Below, piece after piece: positions 23,172 to 30,909 of a stretch of DNA of 64,000 bases. Position 1 is the stretch's first letter, and each line of letters begins with the position of its first letter. Both the position numbers and the translations under genes were made by a program. This DNA is from an uncultured delta proteobacterium (GTDB lineage: Bacteria; Myxococcota; Myxococcia; Myxococcales; Myxococcaceae), in the NCBI GenBank assembly GCA_963796055.1, contig CAWCKH010000004.1:736001-800000 (forward strand), written 5' to 3'. The notes under the pieces were generated by a model. That model was not told the DNA's origin and ran no database searches. It saw nothing but the letters and a program-made list of their open reading frames with translations.

Positions 23172-24782
23172 CTATTCCTCTCGACGGTAGGCGAAGCGGT
23201 CGTCGGACACGACGTCCAGCAGCAGCTGGTCGAACCGCCGCTGTCCGTCGTGGAAGGACCGGGTGAGCTGGGAGATGAGATCGCCGTCGTCGGCGGTCTC
23301 GTTCCGTCCCATGGCGAAGCGGAAGAGCTGGGTGGTGATGCAGCTCTCGAACCCGGGCGACTGGACCAGGAGGTCCGCCAGCCCGGCGGGCCCGTTGAAG
23401 CTCCCCACCCCGTCGAGCACGCCGTTGCCGCTGATCAGGCAGCTGGGCTCGCCGATGTCGTGGGTCCGGAACGCTCCGGCCGTGTCGTACGCCTCGAGAC
23501 CGAACCCCACCGGGTCGAGCCGCTTGTGGCAGGTGTTGCAGTTGCCGTTCGCCGAGTGGGCCGAGTACCGATCCACCTTGCAGTTGCTGGTGGGTGAGGT
23601 CGGCTTCTGGTCCACGTCGACGTTGGGGGGCGGCGGCTGGATGGTCTCGCAGAGCAGGCGGCTGCGGATGAAGATGCCGCGCTGGGTGGGGCTGGTGTCC
23701 CCGAACTTGGCTCCGGCCGAGAGCACCGCGCCCTGCGAGAGGATGCCCTTGCGCCCGGTGCCGGCGTACGAGACCCAGGCGTATCCGTTCGCGGGAGGAG
23801 TGACCGGGAGTCCGTAGTTCGTCACCAGCTGCGCGTTGACGTAGGTCTGGCTGGAGGTGAAGAGCTGGAAGTAGTCGGCCCGATCCTCGAACACGACCTT
23901 CTGGATGAGCGCCCCCGTCTCGGTGCGGAAGGCATTGGTGAGGTCCACCGGGTGCGGGAGCTGGTGGAACCCGAGCCAGAGCGCGTGGAACCGATCCACC
24001 CGTTCCCGGGCGCGGGCGTCGGCGAGGAGACGGACGGCCGCGGCCCGGATCTGCTCCTTGCTCTGCAGCTGCCCGGCGGCGGCGGCATCGAGCAGCCAGT
24101 CCGGGGGCGTGCTCCCCCAGAGGAAGTAGCTCAGCCTGGTCGCCACCTCGAACGCGGACAGCCGGAACGTTCCGGCCGGACCGGCGGCCGGGGTGCCCCG
24201 CTCGATCCGGTAGAGGAACTCGGGGTCCTGGAGCATCGCCTGGACCACCAGGCCGACCGCGATCTTGAAGTCGTTCTTCTCCACCGCGAACGACTGCAGC
24301 GAGGCGTACTCGGCGACCTCGGCATCGCTGAGCGGACGCCGGAGCGCACGCCTACCAAAGGATTCAATGAACCGCTTCAGGCAGGCCGCATCGCCCGCTC
24401 CGGTGGGCGTGCAGGGGAGAACCGACTGCAGACGCTGCGGATCGCCGATCAGCCGCTGCGCCACGTCGGTGGCGACCTGCTCCGCCGCATTGATGAGCGA
24501 TTGCGAGGCGAGCTGGGTGAGATAGTTGTTGTCGAAGGGATCGTGCGCGTCCTCGGGCAGGAGGCCGAAGCCTTCGCCGGAGGTGTCGCCCACCAGGTCC
24601 CGGAGGGTGTTGTCGTACTCGTCGCGGGAGAGCCGGTGCGCCCCGGTGGGCCCCATCTTCAGTGAAGTGGCCGAAGCCGTGCCGCCGCCAGGCCCGCCTC
24701 CGGCGCCGACGATCTTCCCCTCACACCCGACGAGCAGGGTGAGAGCAGCAACCACCCAGCGTCGACCGCGCACCCCGTGCAT
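23172..24782 (-). CDS. DUF1592/DUF1588/DUF1595/DUF1587 (PSD/PSCyt) lipoprotein
   Basis: Lipobox LVGC; HRLSRDEYDNTLRDL, FGRRALRRPL, ATRLSYFLWGSTP, TSPTQRG, CNTCH..DPVGFGLEAYD. Confidence 0.87.
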   Translation of the reverse strand: MHGVRGRRWVVAALTLLVGCEGKIVGAGGGPGGGTASATSLKMGPTGAHRLSRDEYDNTLRDLVGDTSGEGFGLLPEDAHDPFDNNYLTQLASQSLINAAEQVATDVAQRLIGDPQRLQSVLPCTPTGAGDAACLKRFIESFGRRALRRPLSDAEVAEYASLQSFAVEKNDFKIAVGLVVQAMLQDPEFLYRIERGTPAAGPAGTFRLSAFEVATRLSYFLWGSTPPDWLLDAAAAGQLQSKEQIRAAAVRLLADARARERVDRFHALWLGFHQLPHPVDLTNAFRTETGALIQKVVFEDRADYFQLFTSSQTYVNAQLVTNYGLPVTPPANGYAWVSYAGTGRKGILSQGAVLSAGAKFGDTSPTQRGIFIRSRLLCETIQPPPPNVDVDQKPTSPTSNCKVDRYSAHSANGNCNTCHKRLDPVGFGLEAYDTAGAFRTHDIGEPSCLISGNGVLDGVGSFNGPAGLADLLVQSPGFESCITTQLFRFAMGRNETADDGDLISQLTRSFHDGQRRFDQLLLDVVSDDRFAYRREE

Positions 24783-24903
24783 GCGCGCGAACGGTCTTCA
24801 ATTCCCGGACCACCCGGTTTCTCTGGTGTTCTCGGAGGAGCGAGCGCGGGTGCGCACCCCGGCGATGGGGACTGCACCCGACACTCGCGGGGTGCTGACC
24901 CCC

Positions 24904-25254
24904 TCAGGGATCGACGACCAGCGTGCCGGTCATGTCCTCGTGCCCGTCGCCGCAGAACACGTCGCAGGCAAAGGGGAACTTCCCGGCCTTCTCCGCGGTC
25001 ACCTCGACCCGGGCGGTTCCACCGGGAGGAACGTCGGCGCGGATGCCCAGCTCGGGGAGCTTGAACCCGTGCCTCCGGTCCAGCGAGGTGAGCTCGAGCA
25101 CCACGTGCTCGCCCCGCTTGAGGTGGACCTCCGACGGCGAATACTCGAACTTCTTGGCGGTGATCTTGATCACCCGTGGGGCAGGCGCCTCGCCCGCCGC
25201 GGAGCCGAGCACCACCAGCAACCCCAGGGGCAGGGCGGTGAACGCCCCCCTCAC
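24904..25254 (-). CDS. Secreted CuA-type cupredoxin (COX2-like soluble domain)
   Basis: GTG overlaps the upstream stop; signal peptide; 'D..HGF' plus CDVFCGDGHEDM (Cx3Cx3Hx2M). Confidence 0.85.
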   Translation of the reverse strand: MRGAFTALPLGLLVVLGSAAGEAPAPRVIKITAKKFEYSPSEVHLKRGEHVVLELTSLDRRHGFKLPELGIRADVPPGGTARVEVTAEKAGKFPFACDVFCGDGHEDMTGTLVVDP

Positions 25255-26147
25255 ACCCGGCCTCCGCGCACGTCGTACTCCTCGAGGGTGAGTGCCCGGC
25301 CGCGGTCCTTGACCTCGACCTCGCGGAAGCCGAGTCCCTTGGCAGGGTGCTGCGGATCCCAGGCCACGGGGGCCTTCTTCGGCACGCTTCCCGGCGCGGG
25401 GAGAGGGAAGATCAACGACTTCGCCGAGTGATGGGCGATGTTTCCCGTGGTCCGGTGGTTCTCCTGATGGATGTGGCCGTAGAAGACCGTCAGGTGCCGG
25501 TACGGCTCGAGCGCCGAGAGCACCTTGGCGCTGTCGGCGGTGGCCCAGTCCCACTGGGGGTAGAGGTCGAAGAGAGGCCGGTGGGCGAGCACGACAATCG
25601 GCGCGTCCTTGTCGAGCTTCCCCAGCTCCGACTTCAGCCAGTCGATCTGGGTGTCGCCCACCGCCCCGGTGGGGTCTGACACGTTGTCCAGAGCGATGAA
25701 GTGCACGCCCTTGTGAACAAAGCTCTGGTGCAGGACTCCGAAGTGCTCCTGGTAGGCCTGCCCCTTGTCGAGGGAAGCGTCGTGCTCCCCCGGAAGGAAA
25801 TAGACCTTGGGGACCCGGAGCTCGGCGACGATGGCCTTGAACTCGGCCATCCGCTTCCGGCGAAGTGCGTCGTCATCCGTGGTGTGGGTCAGGTCGCCGG
25901 TGAAGACCACGAAATCGGGCTTCTCCCTGGAGGCGTTGACCGCCGCCACTGCCTCCTTGAGGGTGCGGTCCGCTTCTGGATTCGGGGGTCCGCTGAAGCC
26001 CCAGTGCGAGTCGGAGAGCTGCAGGAACATGAAGTCCTGCGCTGGCTGGCCCTTGCTGGCCGCGAGGGAGAACCCCGGAAGTCCTGATCCGAGGACGACT
26101 CCGCCCAGGCCGAGCAGCTTCATCAGCTCCCGTCGATCGAATTGCAT
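25251..26147 (-). CDS. Tat-exported calcineurin-like metallophosphoesterase (CpdA/GpdQ-like)
   Basis: DRRELMK twin-arginine signal; DSH, GDLT, GEHD, H.P and GHIH motifs; GGAG RBS. Confidence 0.9.
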   Translation of the reverse strand: MQFDRRELMKLLGLGGVVLGSGLPGFSLAASKGQPAQDFMFLQLSDSHWGFSGPPNPEADRTLKEAVAAVNASREKPDFVVFTGDLTHTTDDDALRRKRMAEFKAIVAELRVPKVYFLPGEHDASLDKGQAYQEHFGVLHQSFVHKGVHFIALDNVSDPTGAVGDTQIDWLKSELGKLDKDAPIVVLAHRPLFDLYPQWDWATADSAKVLSALEPYRHLTVFYGHIHQENHRTTGNIAHHSAKSLIFPLPAPGSVPKKAPVAWDPQHPAKGLGFREVEVKDRGRALTLEEYDVRGGRV

Positions 26148-26186
26148 CTCTTGCTCCTCTTGCGGTGGAAACCCATGTGCCCCCCA

Positions 26187-26251
26187 GACTCCGGGTGGGG
26201 GGCCGGCTATTCCATCGGGGCCGATGGAATGGATTTCCGGCTCGCAGAGTC
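26187..26251. promoter_or_regulatory. Back-to-back ECF sigma promoters (GGAAT-N16/17-GAGTC on each strand)
   Basis: Plus strand: GGAAT 26226-26230 and GAGTC 26247-26251. Minus strand: GGAAT 26213-26209 and GAGTC 26191-26187. The -35 boxes form the ends of the palindrome ATTCCATCGG-GG-CCGATGGAAT. Confidence 0.65.
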
Positions 26252-26260
26252 CTGGCGATC

Positions 26261-26779
26261 GTGGACGACGATTCTCGAGAGTTCGAGCGGTTCGCCCGGC
26301 CCCACGCCGCCGCGGCACTCCGCCTGGCGCGGACGCTGGTCCGCAACGAGGCCGATGCCCAGGACGTGCTCCAGGACTCGTTCCTCCGGGCCCTCCGCCA
26401 TTTCCGTGGCTTCTCCGGGGACAGCCCGCGGGCCTGGCTCCTGTCCATCGTCCGCAACGTCAGCTTCACCCTGTGGAGGAAGCGCGAGCGGGACGACGTG
26501 GGTGAGGTCGAGCCGGCGCTGGAGGCCGAGCCGGACCCGGGCCCCTCGCCCGAGGCGAGGCTGCTGGAGGCGTGCGACGCCGAGCAAGTCCATGCGGCGC
26601 TGGACCGGCTGCCGGGCCTCCACAGAGAGGTGCTGGTGCTGAGAGAGATGGAGGAGTGCAGCTACCGGGAGATCGCCGACATCCTCGGCGTGCCAATCGG
26701 GACGGTGATGTCGAGGCTGTCGCGCGCTCGTGCGCAGCTGGTGAAGGAGCTGGTGGGCGACCCGAGGAGCAAGAACTGA
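26261..26779 (+). CDS. ECF RNA polymerase sigma factor
   Basis: DAQDVLQDSFLRA, RAWLLSIVRN, SYREIADILGVPIGTVMSRLSRAR. Confidence 0.93.
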   Translation: MDDDSREFERFARPHAAAALRLARTLVRNEADAQDVLQDSFLRALRHFRGFSGDSPRAWLLSIVRNVSFTLWRKRERDDVGEVEPALEAEPDPGPSPEARLLEACDAEQVHAALDRLPGLHREVLVLREMEECSYREIADILGVPIGTVMSRLSRARAQLVKELVGDPRSKN

Positions 26780-27501
26780 TGAGTCCCTTCGACGAACATC
26801 CGCGTGGCGCGCTTCACGCTTACCTCGACGGGGAGCTCTCGCTGGAGGGCTCGCTGGAGGTGGAGCACCACCTCGAGGAGTGCGACGCCTGCCGCCGCGA
26901 GCTGGAGACCTTCCGGGCGCTCCGGCGGTTGCTCCAGTCGGCGAAGCGCGCGGCGCCCGAGGCAGAGTCGGCCCTGGTCAAGGTGACCCGCCGCGTCCAG
27001 GTGCGACGGCGGCGAGTCTTCGCTGCCGGCGGGTTCGCGGCCATGGCGGCCGCGGCGGTGCTGGCGCTGGTGCTGTTGCCCGGCCAGAACCTTGGCATGG
27101 CGAACGAGGTCGCGGCGGTGCACGCCCGGGCGCTGGACGCCGGCCGGACGGTGGAGCTCTCCTCGAACGACCCCGCGGCCATCGAGCGCTGGCTCTCCAG
27201 CCGGCTCCCCCAGGCCGTCCCGCCGACGGCCGGAGGGGACGGGTTCGCGCTGCGCGGGGCGCGCGTCGACTCGCTCGAGGGCCGGCAGGTGGCGGCGGTG
27301 GTGTACCAGGTGCGAAGCCATCTGGTGGACGTGTTCGCCTGGCCCTCGGCAGAGCGCGACATGGAGCCCCGCCCCCTGGTGGCAGGACGGTGGACGGTCT
27401 GCCGCTGGGCGCACCGGGGGGTGGCGTACTGGATGGTCTCCGACGCCGGAACCGAGGACCTCAAGGCGCTCGCCGCGCTGATCAAGGAACAGCGCACGTG
27501 A
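26779..27501 (+). CDS. Transmembrane zinc-binding anti-sigma factor (zf-HC2/ZAS)
   Basis: AYLDGEL..HLEECDAC; one TM helix; periplasmic LRGARVD..GR.VAAVVY domain. Confidence 0.9.
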   Translation: MSPFDEHPRGALHAYLDGELSLEGSLEVEHHLEECDACRRELETFRALRRLLQSAKRAAPEAESALVKVTRRVQVRRRRVFAAGGFAAMAAAAVLALVLLPGQNLGMANEVAAVHARALDAGRTVELSSNDPAAIERWLSSRLPQAVPPTAGGDGFALRGARVDSLEGRQVAAVVYQVRSHLVDVFAWPSAERDMEPRPLVAGRWTVCRWAHRGVAYWMVSDAGTEDLKALAALIKEQRT

Positions 27502-28010
27502 CCGGACGGCGGCTCGGGCTGCGCCTGCTGCTCTTCGGAGTGGGCGCAGCAGGGCTCGCCTGGGCCGCGGTGGCCCTCGGGGCGGTGAACCCGTCGGCCA
27601 CCACCCGGCCCTCGAAGCTCGAAAAGGCCGTGGCCCGCCTGGCGCTCGATGCCGCGGTGCGGGCCCGCGCTCCCCGCGGAAAGACGGCCCCGTCGGACGC
27701 GTCCAGCGTGGAGCGGGGACGCGAGGCCTACCGCGCCCATTGCCTGGTCTGCCACGGCGTCCCCGGCGGGGAGCAGTCGAGCATCGCCGCGGGCCTGAAC
27801 CCGCCAGTGCCCGACCTGGCCGAGCCCGAGACCCAGGCGCGCACCGACGGTGAGATCTACTTCCTCGTCTCCGGCGGCGTGCGGCTCACCGGGATGCCGG
27901 GCTTCGAGCGCTCGCTTCCGGAGAAGCTTCGCTGGGACGTGGTGGCCTTTCTCCGGGCGCTGCCGAAGCTCGGCGACCCGGAGCTGAAGGCCCTGTCCGA
28001 GCGAGGCTGA
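27498..28010 (+). CDS. Mono-haem c-type cytochrome
   Basis: Signal/TM segment; CLVCH; DGEIY..G.RLTGMP; GTG overlaps the anti-sigma stop. Confidence 0.88.
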   Translation: MTGRRLGLRLLLFGVGAAGLAWAAVALGAVNPSATTRPSKLEKAVARLALDAAVRARAPRGKTAPSDASSVERGREAYRAHCLVCHGVPGGEQSSIAAGLNPPVPDLAEPETQARTDGEIYFLVSGGVRLTGMPGFERSLPEKLRWDVVAFLRALPKLGDPELKALSERG

Positions 28011-28046
28011 CCGGCGCGCGCCGTCCCGCTCGCCCCCACGGCGGTG

Positions 28047-29096
28047 TCAGGCCGCGCGCGCGTCCTCGATAGCCCTGGTGATGATGGCGTCGGTGAACGC
28101 TGCGTCGGCCGGGCGCGACTCGCTGACCACTGCCGCGCTGCCGCGGACGCGGCGGCTGTAGAGGCTGAGCGAGGGGTCGAGCAGGAAGCGGAACAGGAGC
28201 GCCGTCCACGAGCGGTGGTGGACCAGCCCGTCGTAGAACTCGGGGGCCATGGCCTTCAGCCGCGGCAGCCGCGACCAGGGCACCATCATCAGGTCGTGGT
28301 GCTCGTTGTGGTACCCGACGTTGAACGCCAGCAGGTTCAGGCGGCCGTAATAGGAGAAGGTCTCCTGCCCGGCCGTGCCGCTGGTGAGGTAGTGCTCCTG
28401 GATCCACCGCGCGCCCACCGGGTGGAGCCCGATGGCGAAGATGCTGGAGAGCGTGAGGTAGAGCACTGCCTTCCAGCCCGCCACCGCCCAGAGCGCGGCG
28501 ATGAAGCCGAGCTGCACCGCCACGTTCGCCAGGTACCAGCGATCCAGCATCCGCACTCGCCTCAGCCGCGGCACCCGCAGGCTCTGCCAGGCGAAGAAGG
28601 TGAGCAGCCAGAGCGCCTTTCCCAGCGTGCTGTTGCCCACCAGGCGCGCCTCGAGCGGGGAGGCCAGGTCCGCGTCCAGCTCCGGGTCACCCTGGAAGCG
28701 GTGGTGGAGCAGGTGGAACTTCCGGAAGGAGATGGCCGCCGGGAAGATGATGGGGAGGTTGGCGAGGATCTGCAGCCAGGCGTTCCAGCGCGTCTTGCGG
28801 AACACCAGATTGTGGGTGCAGTCGTGGATCAGCGTCCACAGCGCGTGGTCCGCCAGCGCGCCGACCAGGTACGCGGCCGGCAACAGGACCCACCACGGCT
28901 GTCCGCGCACGAGCCAGGCGATGGCGACCTGGAAGGCGACGATGGCCACCACCCAGAAAGCGGTGCTGCGGTCACGCCCGAACAGCGAGCGCACCTCGGG
29001 GTGCGCGGCCAGGAGCTCCCGGGTCCGCGCGAGGTGCGGCTCCGGGTAGTCCACCACGTCCCAGGCGAGTGCCGGCCCCGACATGAGCCGGCTCAT
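28047..29096 (-). CDS. Membrane fatty-acid desaturase, sphingolipid delta-4 desaturase (DEGS)-like
   Basis: N-terminal EPH..R..LL..HPEV..L.G; His boxes HDCTH, HLLHH, HNEHH; GLHPVGARWIQEHY, ETFSYYG.LN. Confidence 0.85.
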   Translation of the reverse strand: MSRLMSGPALAWDVVDYPEPHLARTRELLAAHPEVRSLFGRDRSTAFWVVAIVAFQVAIAWLVRGQPWWVLLPAAYLVGALADHALWTLIHDCTHNLVFRKTRWNAWLQILANLPIIFPAAISFRKFHLLHHRFQGDPELDADLASPLEARLVGNSTLGKALWLLTFFAWQSLRVPRLRRVRMLDRWYLANVAVQLGFIAALWAVAGWKAVLYLTLSSIFAIGLHPVGARWIQEHYLTSGTAGQETFSYYGRLNLLAFNVGYHNEHHDLMMVPWSRLPRLKAMAPEFYDGLVHHRSWTALLFRFLLDPSLSLYSRRVRGSAAVVSESRPADAAFTDAIITRAIEDARAA

Positions 29097-29146
29097 ACCA
29101 CGTCGGCCCGGGCGCGGCTGCCGGCCGGCCGACCCCGAGCCCTCCG

Positions 29147-29806
29147 CTACTCGGTCGAGGGGGGGCGGGCGAGCAGCAGCTTCCCGCAGCTCGGGTTGAT
29201 GCTGGCGTTCGCGCAATAGACGGCGTCGACGGTCCCGTTCAGCGTCCCCCCCGTTCCGCCATCGAAGGTGAGGTTGCTGTAGGTCGCCTTGAGGTGGGTT
29301 CCGGTCGTGGTACCCATCTGGGTGATGGTGATGGTTCCCCCGGTGGGCACGTGCGCCTCACCGCCTCCGTTGCAGTCAGTCGGCAGGGCGAAGGCTCCGT
29401 CCCACCACAGGCCTGCGCTCGGAACGCCCGAGGTGAGGCTGAACCAGTCATAGTTGCCAGCTACGACGTTCGCTGGAGGGATCGTGAGGTTCACGACCGC
29501 GACCCCGAGCACGGTCACCGTGCCACCCGGAAACGTGGTTCCACCCAGGAGCGTGCAGAGGTTCGCCTGGTCGGAGGCGATGATCGCCATGATCGAGGAG
29601 TTCGGATTGCCGAAGACCGCGTCCTTGACGGTGAGCGAGTGGCCGTTCACGGTTCCGGAAAAGCTCCCCGTCCCCGGGGGCGGTCCGGAGTCTGGCGTGC
29701 CGCCGTCGGTCCCCGCGGGCGGTCCGGAGTCTGGCGTGCCGTTGTTGTTGTTGTCACTGCTCCCGCACGCACAGGCGAGCAGGCCCAGCACCATCCAGTG
29801 CCTCAT
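29147..29806 (-). CDS. Lipoprotein, hypothetical, with PDSG/DGG linker repeats
   Basis: Lipobox ACAC; 25-nt direct repeat at 29678-29702 and 29717-29741; GGGAGG RBS. Confidence 0.75.
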   Translation of the reverse strand: MRHWMVLGLLACACGSSDNNNNGTPDSGPPAGTDGGTPDSGPPPGTGSFSGTVNGHSLTVKDAVFGNPNSSIMAIIASDQANLCTLLGGTTFPGGTVTVLGVAVVNLTIPPANVVAGNYDWFSLTSGVPSAGLWWDGAFALPTDCNGGGEAHVPTGGTITITQMGTTTGTHLKATYSNLTFDGGTGGTLNGTVDAVYCANASINPSCGKLLLARPPSTE

Positions 29807-29835
29807 GTTCCCCTCCCAGCGTGTCGGAGGACGAC

Positions 29836-30834
29836 TCAGTCCTCGCGCTTCGGAGCCCGCGTCATCAGCTCCACCACCGCCCGGCGCGGGCTCTTCCCCT
29901 CGTACATGATGGCATGGACCTGGTCGCAGATGGGGAGCTCCACGCCGACTTTCCGCGACAGGTCGCGGGCGCTCCGGGCGGTCTTCACCCCTTCGGCGAC
30001 CTGCGTCATCCCGGCCAGGATCTCCGGCAGCGAACGCCCCTGGCCGAGCTCGATGCCCACCCGCCGGTTGCGGGACAGGTCGCCGGTGCAGGTGAGCACC
30101 AGGTCCCCCAGCCCGGATAGCCCCATCAGGGTCAGGGGATTGGCGCCCATGGCCACCGCGATGCGGCTGATCTCCGCCAGCCCACGGGTGATCAGCGCGC
30201 TGCGGGCGTTCATACCGAAGCCCAGGCCGTCGGAGATGCCGGCAGCGATGGCGATGACGTTCTTCAGGGCCCCGCCCATCTCCACCCCGATGACGTCCAC
30301 GGAGGTGTACGTCCGGAACGACTCGGTCTGCAGCGCCGCCTGGATCCTCTGGGCGACCTTCTCGAAGTGGGAGGCAATGGTCACCACCGTGGGCATGCCC
30401 GCCGCCATCTCCTTGGCGAACGAGGGGCCGGAGAGGATGGCGATGGAGGGGTGGTACTGCTCAGGGAGGCAATCCTCGAGCAGCTGGGTCATCGTCATCA
30501 GGGTCTCGTTCTCGATCCCCTTGGCGACGGTGAGCAGCGGGACGTGCTCGGGCAGATGCGGAAGGGCCTTCTTCACCACCTCGCGCGTGGCGTGCGAGGG
30601 CGTGGCGAAGACCACCAGCTCGGCTCCGGAGAGCGCCTCTTCCAGCGAAAGCGTGGCGCGGACCCGCGGCGAGACGGCGATGCCCGGGAGATAGGCCCGG
30701 TTCTCGCGGGCGCCGTTGATGGAGTCGACGACCGAGGACTCACGCGCCCAGGCCAGGACGTCGTCGCACCGGCTGGCGAGGGTGTTGGCCAGCGCCGTCC
30801 CGAAGGCTCCGAGGCCGATGACCGAGGCACGCAT
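29836..30834 (-). CDS. gpsA: NAD(P)H-dependent glycerol-3-phosphate dehydrogenase
   Basis: GLGAFGTALA, KGIE, SGPSFA, GGALKNVIAIAAG, GLGDLVLTC..SRNR, AEGVKT. Confidence 0.96.
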   Translation of the reverse strand: MRASVIGLGAFGTALANTLASRCDDVLAWARESSVVDSINGARENRAYLPGIAVSPRVRATLSLEEALSGAELVVFATPSHATREVVKKALPHLPEHVPLLTVAKGIENETLMTMTQLLEDCLPEQYHPSIAILSGPSFAKEMAAGMPTVVTIASHFEKVAQRIQAALQTESFRTYTSVDVIGVEMGGALKNVIAIAAGISDGLGFGMNARSALITRGLAEISRIAVAMGANPLTLMGLSGLGDLVLTCTGDLSRNRRVGIELGQGRSLPEILAGMTQVAEGVKTARSARDLSRKVGVELPICDQVHAIMYEGKSPRRAVVELMTRAPKRED

Positions 30835-30909
30835 GACAGGCCGCTCCCGTGGGAAGAGGCCCGGCACTCTACGTCATCACCACGGGCGTTTCCCCTGGCC
30901 GGAGCCCAC

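Noticed and set aside
24904..25254. Cytochrome c oxidase subunit II of a respiratory operon
   Set aside because: Only the soluble CuA domain is present; there is no TM pair and no subunit I gene.
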